Shown piece by piece: positions 1 to 10,393 of a DNA stretch of 64,000 nucleotides. Origin of the DNA: an uncultured virus (IMG/VR IMGVR_UViG_3300037991_001521) (Duplodnaviria; Heunggongvirae; Uroviricota; Caudoviricetes; Autographiviridae). The DNA is taken from positions 1 through 64,000 of IMG/VR virus record IMGVR_UViG_3300037991_001521; one strand, 5' to 3'. The number at the start of each line of letters is the position of its first letter. The stretch's first letter is position 1. The position numbers and the translations under genes were made by a program. Below the pieces are notes generated by a model. The model was not told the origin of the DNA, searched no databases, and saw only the letters and a program-made list of their open reading frames with translations.

Positions 1-1
1 C

Positions 2-2524
2 TTCGTTTGTTGCTCCTGAATTGACATGTAATGCCCTAGACGGCGACGACGTTCCAATGCCAACGTTGCCCGAGCTGTTGATTCGCATCCGCTCGGCTGG
101 TGTGTCATTGGCGTCAGAACTTGACCGCGTACCAAAAGACAGAAAACCAATACTATTTGAACCTTCTCTGCCGTGCCCTATATACGCACCAGCGACAGAA
201 GATCCGGAACCTGATTCGCTAAATACAATCTGCGGTCCTTGACCAACTATTGCACTGTCGCCAGACAAAACAATATGTCCTGTATTAGTGCCGACCGTGC
301 TTGCCCCTCTGATTTCTAACTTGGCTGATGGGCTGGTATCTCCAATGCCAACATTTCCAGTTGTTACAACATTCTGACTGCCAAAGTCCGGGCTGATTTT
401 GGTGCCAGCAATGGCTGCATCAGCCTTAACCATCGCATTATTGATGGTGTTGTTGCTAGGTGTACCGATGTTGACAGAAGTACCTACAGTAACAATAAAG
501 AACTCAGAGCCAGTAGCAGGAGCTGCAGCAAGAATGATGTCAGCATTGTCAATAGCAAAGCCTTCAGACGGTTGTGACGTGCCACTGTTGGGCTTTTGAA
601 TGACACCGTTAATGCTTACAATATGCTGCTGTGCGACACTTCCAGGGTTGCTGAGGGTAAACCTATAAGCAGAGCCGTTAAACGTCGCTGAGCCGCCTCC
701 AGTGCCGCCTGAGGAGCTTAGAGTGTTGATAAAGTAGTTACCAACAGCTTGTACTTCTTCCCATGCAGTCACAGTGGCGTCATATACCAGCATCTTGCCA
801 GTGGACGTGTTAAAGAACAGGTCACCAGCGTCTAGATCTGTGGTAGGATTGGTCGAACCAATACGATACCGGGCAAAGAAATCGTTGACATCATCGTTCA
901 GTTGTGCAATGTCAGCGTCTGTACCAAGGACTTTGTGGTACGTATAGGTGTTGAGCGTGGAAGTAGAGACAACTTGCAAGCCTTGACCTGCAGGAAGAGT
1001 GCTGCTTTGCAATGCAGACGGGAAGCCAGTGATGGTCACAGCAGTGCCACCAGTCGTTTGACCACTCGCAGTTCCAGATGCACTGACTACCAGACCACCT
1101 GCATCAGAGATAGACACAACAGTGCCTGCATCATCAGATGGATCAGGGTTGGTAGTGGGGAAACTGTTTTCGTTTGCGATGGCAACAAAGCCACCAAGGT
1201 TGTCCATCAGGCCAAGAACGTAGCCGCTGATGGCATTAGACGACGGATATTGGGTTGTGCTGCTAGCAGTGAAGCTATTAGTCAGCGTATTACCGTCGAG
1301 TTGGTTGATTTCAGTTGCATTAGCAGTGACACCATCCAAGATATTGAGTTCGTTGGTGCTAACAGTCGCACCATCTAGGATCTGAACCTCAGCTTGCGTA
1401 AGATCAGCCAGTGCAGACGCAGTAGTAGACCCCATAGTTGCCAGTTCACGCAGCTCAGCATCAGCAAGCTTGACGTTTGTGACAGCATTGTCAGCAATCT
1501 TAGGCGTAGTTACACCACTATCAGGAATTTTGCTGGTAGTAACTGCATTATCTGCAATTTTACCTTCAACAACTTGGTTTGCACCAATCTTTGCGCTAGT
1601 AATGGCGCTGTCGTTGATCTTTGCAGTGGTGATTGCAGAGTCAGCCACCTTTGCAGTGGTGACATTTGCGTCAACAATGGCTGCAGTATCGACAGAAGCG
1701 TCAGCTAGCTCACTCGAAGTGACTGCATTAGCTGCAATCTCGCTAGATCCAACAGCATCTGCTGCAATTTTTGCGGCAGTAATTGCATCGTTTGCAATCT
1801 TAGCGGTAGTTACGTTGGCATCAGTAATCTTAGCCGTGGTAACAGCATCGCTAGCAAGCTTTGCAGTTGTCACACTCGTGTCTGCAAGCGAAGCAGTCGT
1901 GACGTTTGCATCAGCAATCTTTGCAGTAGTTACTGCGTCATCTGCAATGTCGCCTGTAGCAATAGTACCGTCAGAAATTTTTGCGCTGGTAATTGCAGAG
2001 TCAGCAATCATGCCAGTGGCAACAGTACCTGTGTCACCAGTAGTAACGACAGTGCCAGTTACGTCAGGCAAGGTGATCGTACGGTCAGCAGTAGGATCAG
2101 TGACCGTAAGAGTTGTTTCGTTTGCGTTATCAGTCTGACCTTCAAATACAATGTCAGCGTTCTGACCAAAGTTCAGATCACCAGACATGGTGCCACCAAG
2201 GGTCTGCAAAGCGTTGTTGTCAACCTCTTGTGCAGTAAACAACACTTGGTCAAAGTTGTTGTTCAAGTCTTCTGCTTTGACAGCCGAGCCAGCAAAGAAC
2301 GTTGCCGTCTTTTCGTCGTTGTCAGTATCGCGGAAGATAATCACGTTGGCCCCGTTAGACGGAGCCGTAGTGAAAGAAACAGTAGTTGCGTTGGCTAGAG
2401 TAAATGCGGTTGTATTTACGCCGTCGATTTTAGCTTTGACGTCGGCGGTTTTAATATATGGAAATGTAAAAGAGAAGTTGGTGGTGGAACCATTCCCTGT
2501 GAATGAATTTTGGGTTACAGCCAT
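2..2524 (-). CDS. Tail fibre protein (T7 gp17-like), copy A; 3' end runs off the window
   Basis: ATG at 2524 gives MAVTQNSFTGNGSTTNFSFTFPYIKTADVKAKIDG, a T7 fibre N-terminal anchor domain homologous to the N-terminus of 42831..47867; follows gp16; absent from the ORF track because no stop lies in the window. Confidence 0.9.
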   Translation of the reverse strand, partial: MAVTQNSFTGNGSTTNFSFTFPYIKTADVKAKIDGVNTTAFTLANATTVSFTTAPSNGANVIIFRDTDNDEKTATFFAGSAVKAEDLNNNFDQVLFTAQEVDNNALQTLGGTMSGDLNFGQNADIVFEGQTDNANETTLTVTDPTADRTITLPDVTGTVVTTGDTGTVATGMIADSAITSAKISDGTIATGDIADDAVTTAKIADANVTTASLADTSVTTAKLASDAVTTAKITDANVTTAKIANDAITAAKIAADAVGSSEIAANAVTSSELADASVDTAAIVDANVTTAKVADSAITTAKINDSAITSAKIGANQVVEGKIADNAVTTSKIPDSGVTTPKIADNAVTNVKLADAELRELATMGSTTASALADLTQAEVQILDGATVSTNELNILDGVTANATEINQLDGNTLTNSFTASSTTQYPSSNAISGYVLGLMDNLGGFVAIANENSFPTTNPDPSDDAGTVVSISDAGGLVVSASGTASGQTTGGTAVTITGFPSALQSSTLPAGQGLQVVSTSTLNTYTYHKVLGTDADIAQLNDDVNDFFARYRIGSTNPTTDLDAGDLFFNTSTGKMLVYDATVTAWEEVQAVGNYFINTLSSSGGTGGGSATFNGSAYRFTLSNPGSVAQQHIVSINGVIQKPNSGTSQPSEGFAIDNADIILAAAPATGSEFFIVTVGTSVNIGTPSNNTINNAMVKADAAIAGTKISPDFGSQNVVTTGNVGIGDTSPSAKLEIRGASTVGTNTGHIVLSGDSAIVGQGPQIVFSESGSGSSVAGAYIGHGREGSNSIGFLSFGTRSSSDANDTPAERMRINSSGNVGIGTSSPSRALHVNSGATNE
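1470..2000 (-). repeat. Degenerate 10-aa (30-nt) repeats (AKIADxAVTT) in tail fibre A
   Basis: Translation AKIADDAVTTAKIADANVTTASLADTSVTTAKLASDAVTT..., more than 15 units. Confidence 0.85.
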
Positions 2525-2540
2525 TGCATGTTAGTATCTG

Positions 2541-5500
2541 TTAGTTATCAAAGTATGTACGATAGGTTTGTGAGAACCTTTCGATTGCTCCTTTGTTTTG
2601 CTCTTGCCGTTGACGTTCGACACCTTGCAGCCTAGTGACTTCATCAATGTCGTTACGCTTAGTTGCTAGATCGATTAGCTGTTTATTACGGATGGATTGC
2701 ACAAGATCAGGGCGAATGTCGAGAAGGGCTTGTTCAGCAATGAGCTGACCCTCTTTTACAACCCTGTCCATTTCTCTGTACAGTGAAGTTTTTTGTTCGT
2801 CAAGAGCATGGTCATCTAGACCAACGTCTGCACCAACAGCACGGTGTGCTCTAATTTTACCTAGAATGTACTTATATTTAGGCTTATCTAGGATCTTCTC
2901 CATTTGTTTCCAACGTTGTTGTGAGCCAAAATGACGTTGGATAAACTCGAATTCTTCTGGACTGTATTCCACAGAACCAGTAGAATCTCTCTTCAATGCG
3001 CTGAGACCTCTCCAACCGGAAGTGTTTAGTTTTTCACGCCAAGGTTCAGGTCCGTCAATCATTGGAAACGGGCTGACAGCATTGAATGCACGCATCCAGG
3101 GGTTGTCAATATGTCCAACAGGTTGTCCAGTCCAAGAGTCAATGACCATAGGAAGGTCTTTACTGACAACTGGGAACCGGCTTTGGATCTGTCCGACAAA
3201 ATCATTGTGGATGTTCTTGACAGTGCTGTCGAACATCTTAGTAACCATGTTAATGCCAGATCCCATCGGTACGTAGTTACTTACAGTGCCTGACAACAGT
3301 CGAATCATTCCAGTGTCATCACCACCAAGCATCTTGACAATTGGTTCCAAACCTGTAAGGAGAACCATGTCAGAATACATAGATGTCAAAGTCCACTGAA
3401 TTTTTCTGCCGATATTATCCATCATTGCTTCGTCAGCATCACCAGCGTAATAAGCCAGATCACCAAGCAAAGTCAGAAGTGGATCTACACCAGGAATACC
3501 TTTGTAGCTGTACCATTTACCACCAAGGTAGATAGTTTTCGGTACGTATCCATCTTGACGTTCTCTGTAACGACGTGCGGAATTGTAGTGACCAGATCCA
3601 CGAATGTTTCCAGACGCTGCAAAGCCCCACATAGATTGATAAAACAGTCCACTGAAAGCTAAACGTCCAATGTACTCCCTCTTCAGGTTTTGAAAGATTG
3701 CACGTGCATTAGGGTCTTTGTCAAAATCAACGTCGTGCTTAGCTAGTGCCTTCCTAATGTCATCATCGCTTCTTGCCCAAATTACATCACCTTGTTTTGT
3801 AATACCGGGCAGCGCAGCCAAAGGTGAGTATGATGCTTCTAACTTCAAAGCATTAGTGCTTGAAGTTGGGAAGTACATAAAGTTACGCAGGAATGGATAT
3901 TGATCAATAGCGTTGTTTGCGAGAGCAGCGGCTTTGTCGTCAAGGTTGAGTGCAATCTCACCAGCGGCATTTTTAGCTGCTTTGTCAAGCAAAACACCCC
4001 TGCTGTCAAACATGCTCTTGAAAACCTCATGCTCAGCTTCACGCAGAGCTTTTTCGTCAACGTAACCAAACTTGCTAAAAACGTTGTCGTAGGCACGAAT
4101 GCGTGCAGTCAACGTGGCAAGATACACATTGGTGCCTTGGTCAATACCAGACATACCAATCTGTGTTGCACGACCGAACCTGCTGTTGCCAAACAAATGC
4201 ATAGCCTGCGCCATACGCAGTTTCATAAGCTCGCCATACTTTCCTTCCGCTTTTAAGGTCGGTGCAAGCATGTCAAAGATCTTAGTCTTGTCGTCAGCGT
4301 GTTTTTGGAAGTCCTTACGAATGAAATCCTTAAACTCATCAGGGTTCATAAAACCCTTTTTGATAAGACTAAAGCCGTCAACTACAGCACGTTTGGCTGT
4401 TTCGTAACTGGCTGCGTAGTAATAAGCGAACCGCTCAATAGCTTTAGGGTCACCAGCCATAGCTGCAACACCATGTCCTAGACCTGCATTGATAGGTTTA
4501 CGCAACAGTTCAATCGTGTTGCCTTTGAATGCGTTGATAATTGCACGACCTGCAAGTTTGCTAGCGTACAATGTGGCTGACAAACCTTGTCCGAAGTAAG
4601 TTGCACCTTGTGTGTCACGGTTGACAATAAATGCACGTCGGAACGAAAGTTGCTTTTGTGCATACGCAAGGAGTTTTTCGAGACTATCAACTTCACCGTT
4701 AGTAAGTTCAAAAGCCTTGAACAACGGCATCATTGCTGCTGGGTTTTCACGAGCAAGCTCAGCAAGGTTTTCGCTAAATGTTTTAGCTTCTTGACTAATC
4801 CGACGACGACCTTCTTTAAATTCTTCCAAGATCGTTGCAAACTGCTCAGCATTTGTAACCCCATCTTTAGGGTCAAAGTTCTTCATTTGCAACATATTAC
4901 CTGACACGTACTGGTTCAGACGCACCTCTTCATATAGAAATGCAGCTTTTTTCAGCATTAGGTCACGTGTCATCAAGGTGTCGTTTGCATAGTCAAAACG
5001 ACGCAGACCTTCGGCTTGTGTAGCTAGCTCAGCACCTGCAGTTTGCATAGCACGAGATGACGCTGCCAAGACTTCTTCACCAATAAATTGGTTATAAAGG
5101 TCCATGTAGGCAAAGTACGCAGCACGTACCTGACCTTCCGTTGCAATCTCTTCCGCATAGTCGTCAGTTAGTTGGATCACAGAACGTTTGGTGTGCATGA
5201 AATCACGAATTTCATCCACAGAGTTTGCACTCATCATGCGCTTGTAATAAGCAATAGCGTCAGCGTCAAGCTCAGATCGCCTCATCCTAAAATTACCGAC
5301 TTTGTATTCAAAGTCACCAACTCTGTTAGCACGCTCTGCAAAGTCAACTACAAGGTCACGGGCATCTTTACCTGCACCATCTGCAGCAGCCAAAGCGTGT
5401 CGTGTAATTGCTGGTGGCGGGTCACCAACTACTTCCCCACGGTTAATACGCGCAGCTTCACCCATATTGCGGGCTTCTTGGCCTGCTTCGTCAAACTGCT

Positions 5501-6803
5501 TACCCATAGCTTGATCGTTGACAAAGCCAGGGCTGACATCTGGATCGAAATCAACATTGTCAGGGTCACGTGCAGCTTTGTTGACACCAGCGTTGTGTGT
5601 CTGTGCTGCGACGTCCTCTTCTACTGCACGAAGGTAATCGTCAAGGCTTTCGTAGCTGTCAACCTTTTTCATCAGTTCAGCACGCTTATCTTTTAGCGAC
5701 TGGATAAACTTTTTGTCACCTCTGCCAGTTTTAAGAACTTCGTCGATTTCTGCAATCTCTACCAGAATGTTGGTGTCAGAAGTGCGTGCCGTCTCACGTG
5801 CAACGTACTGCTGTGCAGTGTCGTCTAGAGGTTCGACAAAATCTAGTTTTGGTTTTCTACCACCTTTTAGGTAGCCAGCATAACCAATAATGTTACCAAC
5901 AACAGAAAGCAAGCCATCAGAGTACAGGTTTTTTTGACGACGTACTTCTGCTGTGTCAGTGTCAAGAGTTACCAAAGAATCGGGAATAGGTAGCAGTCCT
6001 TTTTCACCGAACACGCTAGGTGCAAGGTCTTGCAATGCACGGAATGCATTGTCATCCTCGCTCTGGTCGCTCATTGCTGTGATAAACAAATCAGCACCAG
6101 TTGTCAAACCAGCAGCACTTAAAAACTTTTCAATACGGTTGAGTTTTGACATGCCAATACCACTAGCAATGCCGCTTCCTGCAACCATAGATGGCACGAC
6201 AAGACCCATTACATCTCTAATAAATTGATGTCCAGGGTTGTCTAGTTTTGTTGCTTCGTCGTACGCATCATCTAATGCAGCACCAAAAGGCAGATTGCCA
6301 ATGATGTCCATAGGCAGGTCTGCAACAATACCTAAAACAGTTTTTGCTGCTGAGTCGTATGTCTTAAGTCGTTCGCCAATTTCTTGTTGGAATGTTCTGG
6401 GTTTGTATCCTTCATCCTTTCCGTAATAACGTTGGTAAAAGTTTCTTTCTGCTTTGTCACGAGCTTCACCAGGCTCCATATCGCGCCACTCACGCATCTC
6501 GTCCCACATTTGCATACGCTTGGCACGAGTATCGAGAGGCAGCGTTACAGTCTGCTTTTCGCCAATGGCAGCAGCATTAGCAGCTTCACTTTCAGATACA
6601 ATTTCTGATGGGTTTTCAGGTGGTGTTTTGTTACCTAGATTCTGTTGAACCTGTTCTTCTCGTGTGATTGGTTGAAGTCCGCCTTCCGCTTCAATTTCTT
6701 CTGCAGAGGGCTCTTCAAAAAATGGAGAGGTTTTTGGTAAGTCGAGTTTTTGCTCAACTGTAAGATCCTCCTCTGTAGGAACTGTGTAAAATTGATCGTT
6801 CAT
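2541..6803 (-). CDS. Internal virion (core/ejection) protein, gp16-like, copy A
   Basis: 1420 aa, sits between gp15-like and the fibre; homologous to 47887..51891. Confidence 0.8.
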   Translation of the reverse strand: MNDQFYTVPTEEDLTVEQKLDLPKTSPFFEEPSAEEIEAEGGLQPITREEQVQQNLGNKTPPENPSEIVSESEAANAAAIGEKQTVTLPLDTRAKRMQMWDEMREWRDMEPGEARDKAERNFYQRYYGKDEGYKPRTFQQEIGERLKTYDSAAKTVLGIVADLPMDIIGNLPFGAALDDAYDEATKLDNPGHQFIRDVMGLVVPSMVAGSGIASGIGMSKLNRIEKFLSAAGLTTGADLFITAMSDQSEDDNAFRALQDLAPSVFGEKGLLPIPDSLVTLDTDTAEVRRQKNLYSDGLLSVVGNIIGYAGYLKGGRKPKLDFVEPLDDTAQQYVARETARTSDTNILVEIAEIDEVLKTGRGDKKFIQSLKDKRAELMKKVDSYESLDDYLRAVEEDVAAQTHNAGVNKAARDPDNVDFDPDVSPGFVNDQAMGKQFDEAGQEARNMGEAARINRGEVVGDPPPAITRHALAAADGAGKDARDLVVDFAERANRVGDFEYKVGNFRMRRSELDADAIAYYKRMMSANSVDEIRDFMHTKRSVIQLTDDYAEEIATEGQVRAAYFAYMDLYNQFIGEEVLAASSRAMQTAGAELATQAEGLRRFDYANDTLMTRDLMLKKAAFLYEEVRLNQYVSGNMLQMKNFDPKDGVTNAEQFATILEEFKEGRRRISQEAKTFSENLAELARENPAAMMPLFKAFELTNGEVDSLEKLLAYAQKQLSFRRAFIVNRDTQGATYFGQGLSATLYASKLAGRAIINAFKGNTIELLRKPINAGLGHGVAAMAGDPKAIERFAYYYAASYETAKRAVVDGFSLIKKGFMNPDEFKDFIRKDFQKHADDKTKIFDMLAPTLKAEGKYGELMKLRMAQAMHLFGNSRFGRATQIGMSGIDQGTNVYLATLTARIRAYDNVFSKFGYVDEKALREAEHEVFKSMFDSRGVLLDKAAKNAAGEIALNLDDKAAALANNAIDQYPFLRNFMYFPTSSTNALKLEASYSPLAALPGITKQGDVIWARSDDDIRKALAKHDVDFDKDPNARAIFQNLKREYIGRLAFSGLFYQSMWGFAASGNIRGSGHYNSARRYRERQDGYVPKTIYLGGKWYSYKGIPGVDPLLTLLGDLAYYAGDADEAMMDNIGRKIQWTLTSMYSDMVLLTGLEPIVKMLGGDDTGMIRLLSGTVSNYVPMGSGINMVTKMFDSTVKNIHNDFVGQIQSRFPVVSKDLPMVIDSWTGQPVGHIDNPWMRAFNAVSPFPMIDGPEPWREKLNTSGWRGLSALKRDSTGSVEYSPEEFEFIQRHFGSQQRWKQMEKILDKPKYKYILGKIRAHRAVGADVGLDDHALDEQKTSLYREMDRVVKEGQLIAEQALLDIRPDLVQSIRNKQLIDLATKRNDIDEVTRLQGVERQRQEQNKGAIERFSQTYRTYFDN

Positions 6804-9442
6804 CGGATTTCAAAATGCCATTGGATAAGTTCACCGTTACTATAGTAAGGAATCAGTTTGATGCCATACTCACCACCATGTCTCTTAAGAAGATTCCAAG
6901 TGGGTGAACCAACAGTCACATCAATAGCGTTACCCCTCAGGTGTGCAGAATTAGCAACACCACCAACCTTCGCGTTGTGTTCAGGTGTGCGTTGTCCGCT
7001 GTTAATGTCAGAGATTCTAAAATCAGGGTACTGACGCATTAGTGAGGTCAAAGCACGAGCCATCTTCTCACCAACAACAAAGTCTGCGTTGTTGCCCATT
7101 TTGGCAGGCTGCCCATCAATCATGACAGTGAAACCATCACCGGTAGTAGGGCTGGTGTGTGGCTGAACAAGTTCAGCAGATTCAAGAGTGCTTTGGATTG
7201 GAAGAGTTGTAGGACGTACACCGGCATTAGCTTGGATTCTGTAAGTTTCAAGGCGGTACAATTCACCCAAAGAGTCGCTTCTCAGCATGTATTCTTTGAG
7301 GCGACCCATACGTGAGTCATCAACAGGGGCAGCGTAAATGTCGGCTGCATTAGGACGCATACGAGTTTTAGAATTAAAAGCTTCAGCGTGCTCGTTAAAG
7401 ATTTCGTAAATAGGTCTGCCAGTTTGCTGACTTAATGCACGCATTTCACGTGTAGCGTACACAGGGTTGCCCTGAGATATAGATGCGTCCATTGTTTCAA
7501 ACGTGTCGCGTGTAAATGCAGGTGTAGTTTTGAAATTACTGTTTTTGTTAAAGGACGAAAATAACCCTTTAAGAGATCGACCGGTTACAGCTTGCGTAGT
7601 AAAAAAAGCTTGATCTGTCTTAGCGTCGTTAGCTTCAGTAACGCCATAGCTACCTTTGCCAGCATCAATATCATCTAACACTCTTCCTAATGCTTTGTCA
7701 AATCTAGTGTTTATGTCGCCTTCCGCCTTGCGATACTCTTGGTAGAACTGCTGAACAGCAATATCAACAGTCGGCTGAAAACTTTCATGCAGTGTTTTAT
7801 CAAGAGAAAACACGTTTAGTTTTGGACGCAACGCTGCTTTCAATCGGTTTTCCAGATCAGTGTCACTGACACCGAGCTTCTCCCAATCTGCAATCTCTGG
7901 CAGGTACTTACGTTTGATCTCTGACTGCATAGAAGTCGGAGCATTGTCGTATAGATACCTCAGATAGCTGTAGTCACCGGAGGCACTTGCGCCTTCAAGC
8001 TGGCGGGTAATCTCTGACTCTTTAAAGTCACCAAGTCTAGTTTGTTGTACTGACAAAAAGTCAGTCGATACAGTAAACCCGTTAGCCTTAGCAAAAGAAA
8101 GTTTTTCTTGCAATGCCTCTTGGCTATAACCTTGACTCTCCCAGCTCTGATCAGCTCGTTCTTGACCCTCTGCATACAGACCTTCACCGTTGACCCAGTT
8201 CTCAAGATCAGAGGCGTTTTCTAGGTCTTCACGTCGGTTACGTGCATTGACTGCACGGTTTTGTTTTTGGATGCGTTCATCGCGTGCATCATCACCTTCC
8301 TGAAACTGACGCAGGAAACGTTCTCCAAGCGGGAGTTGTTTACCTTGCTGTGGCTTATAGGAAAGACCGTCGTAACCTTTGATGTCAAGCAGCTCTTGGT
8401 CAGTAGTGTCAGGTAGATCTGCGATGTCTTTGTAGGCAAGACCTACAGCAGCAGAAGTTGACCTAAGAACACCGTCTTTGTCACGTGTAGTTTCATACGT
8501 GCGGACAAGTGCCTCCCAAGCTTCTCTACGTGCTTCAATAGTGCTTGCAGACTGCCAGTTTACAAGACGACTGTTGATAAGCCGGTTGTTTTGTTCGACA
8601 ATACTTGCGCGTTTTTGCTTGGCTTTGTAAGCTTGAAGTTTAGAAGTAGCAGCGATTTTGAAGTTTTCAACTTCAATCAGCTTGCTGTCTTTCAGTCCGT
8701 TTGCACCGAGGACAGTATCAATATAGGTATTTAATCCGAGGTTATAGTCTGCATCTGTACGTGTAAAAATACCTCTGGACTCAAAAATGCTTTCTAGGTC
8801 TGTTCCGAACTCAGTCTCAAGACGCTTGTTGAGACCAAGAACAATACCTCGTTGGAATCCAACTGAACGGTCTACGTTAGCTGATGTACCAAGAATATAC
8901 TGTTGCAGCTCGGGATTAGCTGACACAGCTTCTGCTTGTGCAAAACGTTCTTGATCATTTGTACGGAATGCATCGCTAAGTGCTTGTGCACTTGCAGTCA
9001 CAGCCTGTTGACCAGCCTGTTTTTGTTTTGCTTCTCTAGTTTCTTCTGCTTCTTTGTAAAGTTTAACAGCAGCTTGTGCGGCTACACTGCCAAACGTTTG
9101 ACTAAATTGTCCGAGCTGTTGTGCTTGCCTTTCAAGTTGTCTAGCTTCTGCTATTGATTTACGATACTCTTGTTGAGCCCGTTCTGAAATAGCTTGCTGT
9201 TTGTTTTTGTAAATTTGATCTTCGAGAGCTTTTACCTCTTGTACATTCTGTGCAGCAACAGCATTTGCTTGCCGCGTGCTAGAGATAAAGTTCTTGTCTC
9301 GTTGTTCTGTACGTGCTGCTTGCAGCTTGAGTGAATCGATCACTTGTTGATCACGACGACGCAGCTCAGCTAAGCCAGCATCGCCACGATCTTGACGACG
9401 GAACCTACCGCGTACGGCAGATCCCCTAAAGCTTGAAGTCAT
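6800..9442 (-). CDS. Internal virion protein gp15-like with C-terminal peptidase M15 (peptidoglycan hydrolase) domain, copy A
   Basis: 880 aa; C-terminal SGQRTPEHNAKVGGVANSAHLRGNAIDV...WHFE is the M15 SxHxxGxAxD...H motif; synteny. Confidence 0.8.
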   Translation of the reverse strand: MTSSFRGSAVRGRFRRQDRGDAGLAELRRRDQQVIDSLKLQAARTEQRDKNFISSTRQANAVAAQNVQEVKALEDQIYKNKQQAISERAQQEYRKSIAEARQLERQAQQLGQFSQTFGSVAAQAAVKLYKEAEETREAKQKQAGQQAVTASAQALSDAFRTNDQERFAQAEAVSANPELQQYILGTSANVDRSVGFQRGIVLGLNKRLETEFGTDLESIFESRGIFTRTDADYNLGLNTYIDTVLGANGLKDSKLIEVENFKIAATSKLQAYKAKQKRASIVEQNNRLINSRLVNWQSASTIEARREAWEALVRTYETTRDKDGVLRSTSAAVGLAYKDIADLPDTTDQELLDIKGYDGLSYKPQQGKQLPLGERFLRQFQEGDDARDERIQKQNRAVNARNRREDLENASDLENWVNGEGLYAEGQERADQSWESQGYSQEALQEKLSFAKANGFTVSTDFLSVQQTRLGDFKESEITRQLEGASASGDYSYLRYLYDNAPTSMQSEIKRKYLPEIADWEKLGVSDTDLENRLKAALRPKLNVFSLDKTLHESFQPTVDIAVQQFYQEYRKAEGDINTRFDKALGRVLDDIDAGKGSYGVTEANDAKTDQAFFTTQAVTGRSLKGLFSSFNKNSNFKTTPAFTRDTFETMDASISQGNPVYATREMRALSQQTGRPIYEIFNEHAEAFNSKTRMRPNAADIYAAPVDDSRMGRLKEYMLRSDSLGELYRLETYRIQANAGVRPTTLPIQSTLESAELVQPHTSPTTGDGFTVMIDGQPAKMGNNADFVVGEKMARALTSLMRQYPDFRISDINSGQRTPEHNAKVGGVANSAHLRGNAIDVTVGSPTWNLLKRHGGEYGIKLIPYYSNGELIQWHFEIR

Positions 9443-9446
9443 TTAC

Positions 9447-10391
9447 TTATCTTCCAATATAAGCACCCATTGCAGAGCTTGCAATACCGCCAACGCTAGC
9501 TGCAAGACTGCCAGCAAAGGCAGCACCTGGATCCTGAATAGCACCCAGGACAGGAGCAGGTCCAAAGTCAAAGGGCTCAAGTTCACGCGGATAGATAAAC
9601 TCTGCTACAGGAGTAGCAATAGGTTTAATAGGTTCGGGCAAAGTTCCAGGCTCCAACATCTTCTGCGCGTACGCAGCAAGGTCTGCCGAGAACTTATCTT
9701 GTGCAATTTCACGCATTGCAGACTTTGTACTACGAGCTGCACTTGTAGCAGTTTCAGCAAGAATAGATTGCTGTCTACCAAGCTCAGCCATGTAGCTTTG
9801 TGCAACCTTTTCAGCACTACGTCCAGTGACACCACGTGCCCTAGCAGCACCACGATTACGTAGAGATTCAATGATCAACTCTTGGTTGTCAAATGCAAGT
9901 TTTTGACGTGTCTCCATCAATGCTGTCAATTCGTTGCGAGCTGCATTACGTGCAGACTGCTCATTCAAATTGATCTGTTCATTGAAGATTTCATTAGATC
10001 GTACAAACTGAGCATTTAATGATTCCTGCTCACGATTGCGGATCATCATGTCGTAGTTGTAACGACGTGCTGCTGCTGCATCTTGGTACGCAGCAAGACG
10101 TCGTTCGTTACGCTCTTTTGTCGCAATCGTGTCAATAGTAAATTGACGATCCTGTTCTAGTTTTTCGTTACGAGCACTGTACGCTGCTTTGTCGTATTCG
10201 TATTGACGCTGTACTGCTTCGTTTTGTTTTTCTGCTTGTCTCCTAGAAGAACTAGCACCGAAAATACCACTTACAAGGCCAACACCTGCAGCAATCCATC
10301 CACCGATATTATTGGTGACGCCTGATACTGCAAGTTGCTCGTCAATTAAACTAGAACCTTTAGGGTTGAACCCTTGTTCCGTATCAAACAT
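9447..10391 (-). CDS. Internal virion protein gp14-like, copy A
   Basis: 314 aa coiled-coil protein with Gly/Ala-rich hydrophobic ends, directly after tail tube B; homolog at 54521..55570. Confidence 0.7.
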   Translation of the reverse strand: MFDTEQGFNPKGSSLIDEQLAVSGVTNNIGGWIAAGVGLVSGIFGASSSRRQAEKQNEAVQRQYEYDKAAYSARNEKLEQDRQFTIDTIATKERNERRLAAYQDAAAARRYNYDMMIRNREQESLNAQFVRSNEIFNEQINLNEQSARNAARNELTALMETRQKLAFDNQELIIESLRNRGAARARGVTGRSAEKVAQSYMAELGRQQSILAETATSAARSTKSAMREIAQDKFSADLAAYAQKMLEPGTLPEPIKPIATPVAEFIYPRELEPFDFGPAPVLGAIQDPGAAFAGSLAASVGGIASSAMGAYIGR

Positions 10392-10393
10392 AA

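Noticed and set aside
21..2534. Long + strand ORFs (e.g. 1470..2138, also 58768..59982, 13766..14428)
   Set aside because: Antisense shadows of - strand fibre and capsid genes; no motifs of their own
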